A program made the translations under genes and the position numbers. A stretch of 63,134 nt of DNA, counting the filler, from Octopus bimaculoides (taxonomy: Eukaryota): NCBI RefSeq assembly GCF_001194135.2. It is 8 parts of 5 records of this genome, joined end to end, with 100 filler letters (N's around TTAATTAATTAA, not from the genome) between each part and the next. Parts side by side here need not be neighbours in the genome. Positions count along the whole stretch, not along the records: positions 31,869 to 41,311 come from NC_068982.1; positions 41,412 to 52,412 come from NC_068994.1; 6 more parts are not named here. One strand, given 5' to 3'. Each line of letters starts with the position of its first letter. The first letter of the stretch is position 1. This document shows positions 34,021 through 47,035 of the stretch, in pieces. The notes under the pieces were generated by a model. It did no database searches, was not told the origin of the DNA, and was given only the letters and a program-made list of their open reading frames with translations.

Positions 34021-36560
34021 TAGAAGGATAAACATATTATGCAAACCAGATTAAGTAAGGCCTATTCGCGGCAGTTGAATGCCGGCCCATGTTGTTTCTA
34101 ATGCGGTGACAAAAACTACCTTCATATATTTTATTATAGAAAAGGAGCTTCAGTTAAATAAACAATAGCCACAAAAATAAAAGCAACAGCAACAGAAACA
34201 ACATCGTTGACAGGATCAACGAAGGCAAACTAAACAATATGAGTCGCATCCCTCTTCATGTAAGCGACAAAGATAAACGATATAGGAGATAAGCCTAGAA
34301 CTTAGAGGAAGTGTCAAGGATAAAGATTCAAGAAAAACTAAAATCAATACTATGTATCACCGCTTACGTTTTCTAAAAGGAACGTTGTAACTGCGAAAAG
34401 GGGAAATAGAAATAATAAACAAAACAAATACATCCTTGTAACATCTGATAGATTTTAAGTGACGCAGTTTGAAAGGAGTACAATAGCAGCGAAAAATCCT
34501 CCTCAAGGTATCTCCACTGCCAGAGAAAACATCAAAACTGCACATACGACAACAAACAAGAACACAGCCAAAGCTACATCTAAACCAAGAGTATGTACGG
34601 CATCCGGAAAGAAAAAATCATAAACTATATGAAGGGAGACACAAACAACACTGAAATATTGAAACTCTTGTAGTAACTCACAAAACATTATACACAATGC
34701 CATTATCATACTAGACAATACTCTTGCAACTACAAACAACACAAGAAATCTGGCTGTACAATTCAATATTTCAGTACATAAGCCCGCAGTGTTGTGAAGG
34801 GCAAAAGTTTGAATCACTATATTATACAATCCCCACGGCATCTGTCTCATTAGCACTTCTATATTCACTAGTCTAATTGATATTGGATATGTTTATGCAC
34901 AATTCCGTCCTGATAGGGCATTCGTAACTTATTCAGGATCGGCAAATCATGACTAGATTTATATCATCCACTTTGTCATGATCCAAAATATGTATGATCA
35001 TGTTTTTTTTAACTTGTATTTATCTATGCATCATGTACCTTGGACCGTAAAATCCGGCCTGTCCTAAATATAAGTTTAAGCGGTTGAGTTATATATGAGA
35101 GATATTCCTTTGCTACTTCTAGCACCTCTAAGAACCATGTACAGGTTGCTGCCTCAGGTGCTGCTAGCATTTATTTGCAACAGAATGAAGTAGTTTATTG
35201 GAATACGTCTTCCTTGGTTATAAATTATAATGTAACGTCAAGACCAGGATACGAAACACGGGACTATAATTCACAATTTCACCTTACCATTTATATTTGT
35301 CTGTCGTATCTTCACTATATTTACATATGTAATTTTCTAATAGTAACGTAGATAATCCGTGTTCATGATTCTGTCTAGACAACCAGTTCGAAAAATTCCA
35401 CTACATTAACATTTGAAACGCCTGTAAGAAAGACAGGCGCATCTCCTAATCTCATTAATCCTCTTTGATAAATATGAGGCTTCTCATTGCTTTATCATAG
35501 TAGTCAACAAAACTGAGTTTGTTTGCATCGGATTCTGCTGGCGCGTTTTTACGTCATTTTCTTGTAGTAACACTTCCTGAGGCAAAGTCTGCAGAGAAGA
35601 TTACATTTACATTTCAGAATTACTCGCTCACATTTCCCCCTTCCATGTTTTTTTAACTTTCTCATTGTTACATTCTCGGTTCCTATACATATCTCTCTCA
35701 CGTACAATCAGAGAAAGATATACGCTTCCCTCAACAAACATGCTCACACACTTACACAAAAACACTCACTCACTCACTCACTCTCTCTCTTCCTCTGTGT
35801 TACCGTTAAATAAATGGATCTCCGTCGGTTTTTAACCACAGACATTTAGTTGTTCGATCAAAAGAATTATCTCACCCGTTTATCTCACCCGTTTATCTTT
35901 CACAGGTAGAAGGTATTTCATCCTCTCAAAATTATCGATCCTTCGTAATGTTCAGATGGGACCACAACAACATTGCTCTCACCTCTGCAACGGCAATGGC
36001 ACTGTTGCTGCGTAGACAGATATACTAGAGGGCATCCAGAAAATGACCATAAAGTGGTCAGGAAATCCGTCATTGTTCATCTCTTTTCTGGTGGTGTTGG
36101 CTTAAAAAAGTTCAAGTACAGTAATGGCATCAATCGAAGCAGTCTAGAAGGGACTGCAAATTTCTTGATCAATGCTTCTCTTTCGATGCCCTGCAAGATG
36201 CAAACGAAGTTTTCCCCAACCATATTGCGGTTTAGTCATGACATAAATACAAGTTAAAACACATGAATAATGTACGGCATCGGATTTTAAAGATATCTAT
36301 TAGAAAACCGGAAAAAGTGAACTATTCTGTGGAACCATGGACTTCAAAAACTTCATGGTTTGAAACCTCTAATTATTCACATAAATTTAATAAACATTTC
36401 GCAATTGAAAAATCATCTACGCTTTATGAGCATTTCCTCATTGGAAAAGACACATATGTCGAAACCGGCTTTCACGGCTAGACAACAAATTCTAAAATGT
36501 ACAACAATAACAAAAACAAAAACAACAACAGCAACAACAAAAACAACAACAACAACAACA

Positions 36561-36593
<33 letters not shown>

Positions 36594-39500
36594 TATATAT
36601 ATATATGAAAAGAAAACCGAAAAGGAAAAATGTTATATGGTTTAATTTCATAGGATGAACATGTTCAAACATTTCGAGTTTTTAGCTCAAAGATAAACAC
36701 TAAAAAATACTACAACAAAATTAATTGATAACGGAATAAGATGTAACAAGGCAATAGACATTGAAAAATTACGGAAGACAAAAATAATTTGAATTACATC
36801 GCCATACGCTACCCAAGAAAGAAAGACACGAACACAGACACACATACACACACNNNNNNNNNNNNNNNNNNNNNNNNNNNNNNNNNNNNNNNNNNNNNNN
36901 NNNNNNNNNNNNNNNNNNNNNNNNNNNNNNNNNNNNNNNNNNNNNNNNNNNNNNNNNNNNNNNNNNNNNNNNNNNNNNNNNNNNNNNNNNNNNNNNNNNN
37001 NNNNNNNNNNNNNNNNNNNNNNNNNNNNNNNNNNNNNNNNNNNNNNNNNNNNNNNNNNNNNNNNNNNNNNNNNNNNNNNNNNNNNNNNNNNNNNNNNNNN
37101 NNNNNNNNNNNNNNNNNNNNNNNNNNNNNNNNNNNNNNNNNNNNNNNNNNNNNNNNNNNNNNNNNNNNNNNNNNNNNNNNNNNNNNNNNNNNNNNNNNNN
37201 NNNNNNNNNNNNNNNNNNNNNNNNNNNNNNNNNNNNNNNNNNNNNNNNNNNNNNNNNNNNNNNNNNNNNNNNNNNNNNNNNNNNNNNNNNNNNNNNNNNN
37301 NNNNNNNNNNNNNNNNNNNNNNNNNNNNNNNNNNNNNNNNNNNNNNNNNNNNNNNNNNNNNNNNNNNNNNNNNNNNNNNNNNNNNNNNNNNNNNNNNNNN
37401 NNNNNNNNNNNNNNNNNNNNNNNNNNNNNNNNNNNNNNNNNNNNNNNNNNNNNNNNNNNNNNNNNNNNNNNNNNNNNNNNNNNNNNNNNNNNNNNNNNNN
37501 NNNNNNNNNNNNNNNNNNNNNNNNNNNNNNNNNNNNNNNNNNNNNNNNNNNNNNNNNNNNNNNNNNNNNNNNNNNNNNNNNNNNNNNNNNNNNNNNNNNN
37601 NNNNNNNNNNNNNNNNNNNNNNNNNNNNNNNNNNNNNNNNNNNNNNNNNNNNNNNNNGAGAAGAGGAGAAAGGACGAAGAACGAGAGAGGGAGAGAGCTA
37701 GACAGAGAAGAGATAGTAGAAGAGTGCGCATCGTAATTAATAAGATAAAACTCACTTGGAAAAGGATATGTGGCGTTCGATCATATAATAATATAAATAA
37801 TATATAAACATATGCATATATCCATGCATATATGTACATGCCTACATCTATATGTATACATACATGCATATATGGGTACAGGACATTAAAAAAAAACGTT
37901 AAACAAAACGAAAACATAGAAAACGAACGTTTTTCGAACAACGAAAAAATAAACAGAGAAACGAAACATGCAACATAAAGGGTATACCCCTTCGTCAGTT
38001 GTCCCTGTTTCATCTACTCCGCGTTTCGAATGTAAGGAGAACACGCGACGTCGTTGAAACAGTGCTTCCCGCGAAGTAAATTAAAATTTGGGATTTTTTT
38101 GCGGAGGGTGAAATTGGTAACAAAAACAGGACAGTGAGTACAAGACAATAAAAACAAACGGTGAGGGCTGTTAAGCCAAGCGGATGTGAAAAATTATTAT
38201 GAACGCTGGAAAGACGAGCTATGAAAAGAGACAGGTAAAAGCGCGTCTTCTCTTTACGAAGGAATTGAAAGACAATAGGTCGCCTTTCGTCACGTGTCAG
38301 CGATGAGAGAGTCAAGGAGGAAGAATGAGAGAGAGAGAGAGAGAGAGAGAGGGAGGACGGTGTAGGGGAGAGGAGAAGGATAAGGAAAGAGTTGGAGAGA
38401 AAACCAGGAAGGAAGAAGAACAAGAGAGGGAGATAGATAGACAGAGAAGAGATAGGAGAGGAATGCGCATCGTAATTATTAAGTTATCTTGTTAGATGAC
38501 TAATTCCCGCTCAAGCAATATATATATATGAGCATTTTCTCTCCAAACAGCTTTTAAATCTCGAAGTTGCTGCTAACACAAATCATGATCTGTTGACTAA
38601 TTATTCTCCTCCGCATAATATTGGATAATTCGTTAGATATTATATCATACACTCAAAATGACTTCTTTTGGAAGAAAGCATTTTGTTTGGCCCTGAACTG
38701 GTCTTCCTGTTGCTAATGCGCTGATGAGGTCGCTTAAATTTATGGAAAAGAACCCATTTCTCCTTACCAGTAAAGGCGCTTTTTGAAAATGGATATTGAA
38801 GTTATCGTGTAAGAGAAACACATAACAATTGTCAAGTGACCAGCTTTTCTTTGAATCTGTAAGTTTTTTCATGTCAGCGTGTCTATAGATATTTATTTCT
38901 GTGCATACATCATCGGGTGTTCGTCGATAAATCTATGAGTATGACGGTGAGTGTTGGAGTGTGCTTCTGCATTCCTTTATGTGTCTATATATCTGCCACT
39001 TTTAATGAGTGTGAGAAAATGAGATACACATTTTTTATTCAAATTATTCGAGAGACATTACAGAAGAAATTTATTTTAATAAACATAGTAAGTAATGCGA
39101 AAAAATATATTCTTTAAATTCACATGAGTGCTACAATAGTAGAAATGATGTAGACAATACCACAAGTTATTGTTCCCCCTACTGAAATTTAAATAGTATT
39201 TATAGCGAAGATAAAAATCGACACGATAACGTGCCTTGCATAGCTAGATATACATTAAAAAGCAGGAAAAATTGGTTAAAAGTAGACTAGGTATACAAAA
39301 TATTTAAACTTTCAAGGTGTCTTTATTTTGTTATATGTCTGCTTCATCAGGATAATTCTTATTGTGCCATAGTCTCACCAACAACATGAATGAACACCAA
39401 CGGGAAGGACAACCATGCTAAGTTACGCCATAAGTGAAATTCCTAGTAGTGATCCCTCCATTTCTAATGCGGCAAAAAAAAGCATCTTAATATAGAAACT

Positions 39501-39714
39501 GCCACTTTTTTGCAGTGTCAGATATTGCTTAATCCAAGAACAATTAAGCAACAGACTAGATCTAAAATATCTGAACCGGTGATATACATATATTCCGAAC
39601 TATATTCAAGAATAAATAACTCCAAATATTGAAGTCGTTCACAAAACCACAACAAAATTTGGCCCCAAAACGCATTTTTCATTTCTATTAGACACCGATT
39701 TTTAACATTTCATT

Positions 39715-39870
39715 TTACTATAAGGACAAGGCCTGAAATTTTGTCGGATGGGATAGTCGATTACATCGACCCAAGTGTCTAACTGATACTTGTTTTATCG
39801 TCCTTTATCGCTCCCGAAAGGATGAAAGGCAAAGTAGATCTTAGCGAAATTTAATCTCAGAACATAAAAA
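39715..39870 (-). mobile_element. Family B CORE-type SINE (5'-truncated)
   Basis: cccgaaaggatgaaaggcaaagt core plus caaggcctgaaatttt tail. Confidence 0.75.
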
Positions 39871-40282
39871 CCTCACCGATTTCTAATGTTTCAAGAGGGA
39901 TCTCTGTTCTTCGGATCTGATTTTAATCGTGTCACCCCCAAGGCACTTACAAACACAATGTATCTTCTTGTCTTTCATCATCCTTTATGTTCCCAGGTAC
40001 ATTCGTAACCCGCACTAATAGAAACCATCACTCCTACTGCACGAATCTATCACGGGTCCTCTGCAATTATTTTGCTTTTCAAATATTTTTCTATATTTTG
40101 TAGTAGTTGACTTGCAGACTATCGAGAGGAATTGAACTTCGATTTGTTAGAAGGTGATGGCTTGTTGAGAACCAAGAAAAAACATTTTCTCCAGTCGAAA
40201 ATATAAACACAAAACACTAATATTTCTATTAACTTTCTTAATAATCATAAAGCAAACAGGACATGCTGATGTAAGTACATAG

Positions 40283-40476
40283 CTTTTCTACTCTAGGCAC
40301 AAGGCCCGAAATTTTTGGGGAGGGGGCCCAGTTGATTAGATCGTCTCCAGTACGCAAATGGTACTTAATTTATCGATCCCGAAAGTATGGAAGGCAAAGT
40401 CGAGCTCAGCGGAGTTTTATGTCAGAACGTAAAGACAGACGAAATAGTGCTAAGCATTTCGCCCGGCGTGCTGCCT
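40283..40476 (-). mobile_element. Family B CORE-type SINE
   Basis: ttttctactctaggcacaaggcccgaaattttt tail, ggtacttaatttatcgatcccgaaag core, tRNA-like head. Confidence 0.85.
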
Positions 40477-42025
40477 TTGCTTCGGGAGATTTCAGACCCA
40501 TTAGTTTACTTCTGTAGCGATAGAAGGATAATTCGATCCCGAGTAATTTCAATAACATATTCTAAGGCATTAATAGTAATTCTGCTACTATTGCTCTGAA
40601 ACATGAATTATTAATTTCTACCATAGTCACAAGAAAATTCATAAATTGGAGCGCGGTCACATTTAATTAAATAGTGGACATGTATCTTTGCCTTAATACT
40701 ATGCTGAGCATTTTATTCAACAAAGGGAACCTGATGCAAATCTTAAAATTTGCTTCCATACCAGTAATGATACACGCAAGTATTAAACTCTTGCGTTTTC
40801 TCTGTGAATGTGTCAAAAATATGCTACAATATAATGTTAAAATACATGTAAGAAGACGACAACAGTTACATGCCCTTGTGTGTGGTTCATTATTTATAGG
40901 AATAAATAACGCCGTGTAAAATATCATGGGCGTGAGTTTACTAGTCTTGTTTAAGCATAAGTGTAACATTTACGGCGGCAAACAGAATATTTGACTTGCA
41001 AATGAGAAACATTGTCCATAGAGTAAGTTTTATCCTAACTGTTCAACACGATATTAAATGATTTAACTAGTGGCTGTGTTGATGCATGAGTATTGAAAAG
41101 GTGGTTCTTTTTTTTTTTTTTTACAAATACTCATGAGAGGCAGAGGGAAAGAAAGAGGCACAGGAAAAGAAAATTTATCGACAATGCTGATAGTCAGATA
41201 GTCTAGAAATTCAAACGTGAAGCATATATACATACGTGGCACAGGAAATTTCATGTAACTAAGCACAAGCACATATATTTAAGAGATGATATGAAAATCA
41301 TGTGTTCGATGNNNNNNNNNNNNNNNNNNNNNNNNNNNNNNNNNNNNNNNNNNNNTTAATTAATTAANNNNNNNNNNNNNNNNNNNNNNNNNNNNNNNNN
41401 NNNNNNNNNNNAGTAGAAAAGTATATATATCATCGAAGACAAATATTTCGCCTGAAAAGATCCTAGTTCAGAAAGGACTCGACATATGAAAGGATTAAAC
41501 GCGAAGTGGTCAAAAGTATGATTGGCAAACAGAACGTTGAGGTTCAAAAAAAAAAAGGTTTCATTTTTATTTTTTTTCGAGGCTCCATTTATGCTAGCAA
41601 TCAAACAATACACAACCAGACAAAAGGAATTGATAACACGTGAGAAAAAAAATACCGCGTACATGAAGAAAAATCAGAAATACATCAAACCTCATAAAAA
41701 AAAAGTCATCAAAAATATTATTATAAAACCACAAAAAATAATTTAGAATTGATTTTAAAATGTGGAGCTTAAGAAATAGACCTTCCCATATTGTATAGAC
41801 AGTCAGTGATATGAGTTCGATTTGACCGATATACGTGTTAGGGAAATGTGTGTATATTCAGCGTGTGTTTTGGAGGTGTATGAATAAATGTATGCATTTA
41901 TATATGTACCGAGTTTAGTATGTTTGTATGTTTGCACTGGGGAATGAATGGATGAAGCTACAAACGCATACACACACACACACACATGTATATATATATA
42001 TATATATATATATATNNNNNNNNNN

Positions 42026-42064
<39 letters not shown>

Positions 42065-42322
42065 TGGAGTATGTATACATATATATGTATGTATGTGTGT
42101 ATGTATGCGTGTATGTGCTTATAAATATATGCGCATAGACATGGTAGACGCTTATAAATGAACATACACAAACACACGTTTATCCCTATTCATGTATTCA
42201 CACACAAACACACACACACATATATATGCATATAGATACTTTTATACATATCTACATATATATCTATATATACATAAGTATGCACACGCATATATAAACG
42301 AATAACTACAAGCTTTAAAATG

Positions 42323-42369
<47 letters not shown>

Positions 42370-42830
42370 TTATGAGGATGCGTATATGCAAACACATATG
42401 AATACATATATATGTATACATTGCGTAAATGTACGTGTATATATATATATATATATACATACATACATTTAGTCTATATTTATGTAGCAGAATTTTTTTC
42501 CCTCTTTACAACAGCTAGAATTCTCCATGTGCAAATCGGGTTTTATACAATAGGAACCAATATTCTCCATTGTAGCAATGTGTGTGGATTTATGTATACA
42601 CCCACACATAAACATAGAAACGCGCTCACACACACACACACACACATAAACACATACACAAACACAGGCATATACGTACGCACACATACACATGTGATTG
42701 CGCCATTGTGTTTGCAAATGTAAAGTAAAATAAACTTGCATGCGCGCACAGGGCACACACAGACACACGCGGACACATGCGCATACATATATATATATAT
42801 CAATACATATACAATACATATATATGTGTG

Positions 42831-42940
<110 letters not shown>

Positions 42941-43124
42941 CACACACAACTATATACTAAATATTTACGTAAATCTATATACGTACACATATATGCACAA
43001 ATGGGCACATACACACACACAAATATATGAATACACTATTATGTATATTTATGTACGAAAGCACATATATACATAAATTATACCTGATACACAATATAAT
43101 ATAATATAATATGTAAATATATAT

Positions 43125-43158
<34 letters not shown>

Positions 43159-43188
43159 GCATACAGAAAGATAGATAAATAGATAGAT

Positions 43189-43225
<37 letters not shown>

Positions 43226-43743
43226 CAAACGCACACACATACAAAGAATGATATAATAGTTATTAATGTCTACATTTATATATGCATGTATAAATATACA
43301 TATATATATATATATATATACATAAGATTCAGACACACTCACACACGCTCAGACGCTCTCACGCCCACATACAGTACACTCGCACAGAAATACACACATA
43401 CACACACATATATATATTCATCCATGTCTATACGAACAGTATATACTCTTCCCGCTACCCTACTTCAATTCACTTACACACCCACAGTCTCTGCTGATCG
43501 AGCCATGAATGGCTTCATTAAACTCATTCCCTTATAACGGCTTTGCCTCCTTTTTTACCTTCTTCCCTACTATCAGTTTTTCGTTATTTTATTTTTTTAC
43601 TTTGTCTTCAATATATGAATATACATACATACATACATATACATATACATATATATNNNNNNNNNNNNNNNNNNNNNNNNNNNNNNNNNNNNNNNNNNNA
43701 TATATATATATACATACGAATAGATAAATAAATAAATATATAT

Positions 43744-43788
<45 letters not shown>

Positions 43789-43962
43789 CATGAACACATA
43801 TGTCTATATATATACGCACCTGTGTCTGTATATTTTATATATACACATCCGTAAACATACCCTATTATACGTATGTGTACATATACATAAAATATGTACG
43901 TTATTTGTAAATGTATGTACTTCTATACATCTATATCTATTTCTATACATACACACACACAC

Positions 43963-44010
<48 letters not shown>

Positions 44011-44303
44011 GTATATATGTTTACAGCTTTATATACTTTGCGTTTTCAGTTTGTTTGTTTTTTTTTTTTTGTTTTTTTTGCTTAATTCTCTCCCATCCTC
44101 TGCGCATTGCCGCCATATTAAATGACTAGAAGGCTGACATATTGGAAGATATGTGGGAGATTAAATGCAATGCAGATATTATTGGCGGGAAGGTATAGTG
44201 TAAGATCGAAAATGTTCGAGATAATGATATATGCACACACACACACATATATATATATATTTTTTCTATACACAGACACATACATTTATATATATATATA
44301 CTT

Positions 44304-44336
<33 letters not shown>

Positions 44337-44919
44337 NNNNNNNNNNNNNNNNNNNNNNNNNNNNNNNNNNNNNNNNNNNNNNNNNNNNNNNNNNNNNNNN
44401 NNNNNNNNNNNNNNNNNNNNNNNNNNNNNNNNNNNNNNNNNNNNNNNNNNNNNNNNNNNNNNNNNNNNNNNNNNNNNNNNNNNNNNNNNNNNNNNNNNNN
44501 NNNNNNNNNNNNNNNNNNNNNNNNNNNNNNNNNNNNNNNNNNNNNNNNNNNNNNNNNNNNNNNNNNNNNNNNNNNNNNNNNNNNNNNNNNNNNNNNNNNN
44601 NNNNNNNNNNNNNNNNNNNNNNNNNNNNNNNNNNNNNNNNNNNNNNNNNNNNNNNNNNNNNNNNNNNNNNNNNNNNNNNNNNNNNNNNNNNNNNNNNNNN
44701 NNNNNNNNNNNNNNNNNNNNNNNNNNNNNNNNNNNNNNNNNNNNNNNNNNNNNNNNNNNNNNNNNNNNNNNNNNNNNNNNNNNNNNNNNNNNNNNNNNNN
44801 NNNNNNNNNNNNNNNNNNNNNNNNNNNNNNNNNNNNNNNNNNNNNNNNNNNNNNNNNTATATATATATATATATGGGAAAGAAAATTTAGAACTGACAGC
44901 ACGAAATGAAGATTAATCG

Positions 44920-45131
44920 TTTCTACTATAGGCACATGCCTTGTATTTTTGTGGGGAGGGGACAGTCGATCACAGCGCCCCCAGTGTTTCACTAGTACTT
45001 AATTTATTGATCCCGAAAGGATGAAAGGTAAAGTCGACCTTGGTGGAATTTGAACTGAGATCGTAGCGACGGGCGAAATGCCACTAAGCATTTCGTCCAA
45101 CGTGCTAAGGATTCTGCCAGCTCACCGCCTT
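44920..45131 (-). mobile_element. Family B CORE-type SINE, full length
   Basis: Tail, core and head (gattctgccagctcaccgcctt) all present. Confidence 0.85.
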
Positions 45132-45550
45132 TATAAATGAAGAATAATGGCAGAGTCAACGAATGAATGAAAGTAAGAAACTGAAGAGAAAGTATTGAAG
45201 AAAAATGTGGAAAATGAGATATCGATGGAACGAAAAATGAAAGAGCAATAAAAGAGAATGATTGTACAAAATGGAAAAGGATGAATGGAGAACAAATGTG
45301 AGTTGTGAATATAGAACGAGGTGAAGGAATATATTTAAAAGACAGATCTGAGTAAAATATGGTGAAGGAGAAAGAAACGTAAAGCGTAAGAAAGGAGAAA
45401 AGAATGAAAGAATGAATTCGGGACAGGGATATTGAAATAAAATGAAATTAAAGAAACAGAAACAGGCAAAAAGCAAGGCAGGGGTTAAATAAAAGAAAGA
45501 AAGAAATAAAGAAAGAAAGGAAGAAAGAAAGAGAGGAAGAAAGAATCCCT

Positions 45551-45603
45551 GGTCTATGCTGCTGAAGAGGAGATAACCACTCCGAAATGCATGCGTCCAA
45601 GAA
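45551..45603 (+). ncRNA. Hammerhead-ribozyme-like motif 1 of a pair (canonical core)
   Basis: CTGAAGA (45562-68), GGAG/CTCC stem II with 7-nt loop, GAAA (45584-87), near-palindromic TGCATGCG stem III, GTC site (45595-97). Stem I is weak. Confidence 0.7.
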
Positions 45604-45893
45604 TTAGATTACAATGTGCTGTACACTGACTGGGTGTACTTACACCTCTTTGTCTGTAGCAAGAAATTTTTTTCACGACACAACAGTGAATGGCTTTCTT
45701 ACGGGTTCGAATAAGCATCAAGCATAATTAAACAGGTAACAAGTTTGTTTGTATACACAACACTGTTTAGCGCTGTCATTCCATATTTTATTTACGGGAA
45801 AAAGAACTGAATAACGCGATCAATCATTGATCGATGACGCGAATATCATAATCAAGACTTGTTTCTCATGTCCGTTCGCAGCGACTGTCTCTC

Positions 45894-45955
45894 CAGCTTC
45901 TGCTGTTGAAGAGGAGATAACAACTCCGAAATGCGTGCATTCAACAGTTTGGCTG
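45894..45955 (+). ncRNA. Hammerhead-ribozyme-like motif 2 of a pair (C3U core, AUU site)
   Basis: TTGAAGA (45906-12), GGAG/CTCC, GAAA (45928-31), TGCGTGCA, TT site. Stem I is 5/6 bp plus a CAGC/GCTG distal helix. 39/44 identical to motif 1 over the core. Confidence 0.65.
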
Positions 45956-45963
45956 ATCTGGTA

Positions 45964-46018
<55 letters not shown>

Positions 46019-46442
46019 TACTAATAGACACATTCTTCTGTCAAGGTCTTACAAACCTCAATATTAAACTGTCTTCGTTTGCCAATACACGGTGAGCGTT
46101 TACAAACTTTAAGCTTCTGATTATCATTGTTACAGAATTTTCACTTCCTTTAACGCAAAATACACATGTTTATTTGTTTACACAACGCTAGAAAATTATA
46201 GCTCTTAAATCTAATTAGAAGAAGTTGGTGGGTAGGTTTGGTGTAATCGGTTGGCACATTTATCGTGATTATAAGACTTGGCGGGGTCGGTTCCCACTTT
46301 GTTTCCGTCGAGGTTTATATCCCTCAATATCAGACTATTTTCTTTGGCTAATACAGGGTGAGCACTTCTAAGCGTTGAGATTATCATTTACATATACTTA
46401 TTTATTTATTTATTTATTTATACATACACACATATATGTATA

Positions 46443-46470
46443 TAATAATAACAACAACAACAACAACAAC

Positions 46471-46530
<60 letters not shown>
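46443..46530. repeat. (AAC)n/(AAT)n microsatellite
   Basis: Directly visible. Confidence 0.95.
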
Positions 46531-46585
46531 TAAATGAGGCAGCTAGTTAGCAGAGGTTCACCAAAGAGGAAGTAATAAATGTCAT

Positions 46586-46853
46586 TAAACATGACTGAGA
46601 GTGTTAGAACACCTACACTGCTAGAAATAAGAACTAAATGTCTCTGTTGCTTCTGTCAACGCACATATAATTGTATACATACATGCCGACAGCGACCGGA
46701 GATGGCTGGAAGCCGGCCAGTTCCCGGTCATCTACGGTTGCTGCCGGCGTGTATATATATATATACAATTATATGTGCGTTGACAGCAGCAACAGTGACT
46801 TTTAGGCCTTATTTCTAGCGCTGTAGGTGTTCTGACAGCCTCAGTCATATTTT
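46586..46853. mobile_element. Fold-back element, palindromic across essentially its whole length
   Basis: atgactgag..gt.agaacacctaca..gctagaaataag...ctgtcaacgcacatataattgtata is mirrored about gccggc at 46712-46717. Confidence 0.9.
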
Positions 46854-46884
46854 ATATATATATATTTATATATATATAAATAAT

Positions 46885-47035
46885 AACTTTCTCTCACTCT
46901 TTCTCCTTGTTTCTTGAGTAACGTTGCGATGGACTGGCGTCCCGTCCACCTGGCGGGGGGGGCGGACACATACGCCACAGAAACCGGGATACCGGGCCCA
47001 TGAGCCTGGCTAGGCTTTGAAAAGGCGACGTTTAT
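46885..47035 (+). mobile_element. SINE 3' fragment with V-domain-like motif (smaller piece at 50417-50470)
   Basis: gcgatggactggcgtcccgtcc resembles the V-SINE central motif as I recall it; the upstream actttctctcactct block is shared with the family C SINE at ~20031. Confidence 0.5.

Noticed and set aside
36263-36481. 72-aa ORF ending GKDTYVETGFHG
   Set aside because: No recognisable domain or convincing splice sites; length is within chance expectation.
46033-46392. Diverged ~100-bp direct repeat (46033-46135 vs 46300-46392)
   Set aside because: Looks like an old local duplication or transposon remnant; no additional structure found.
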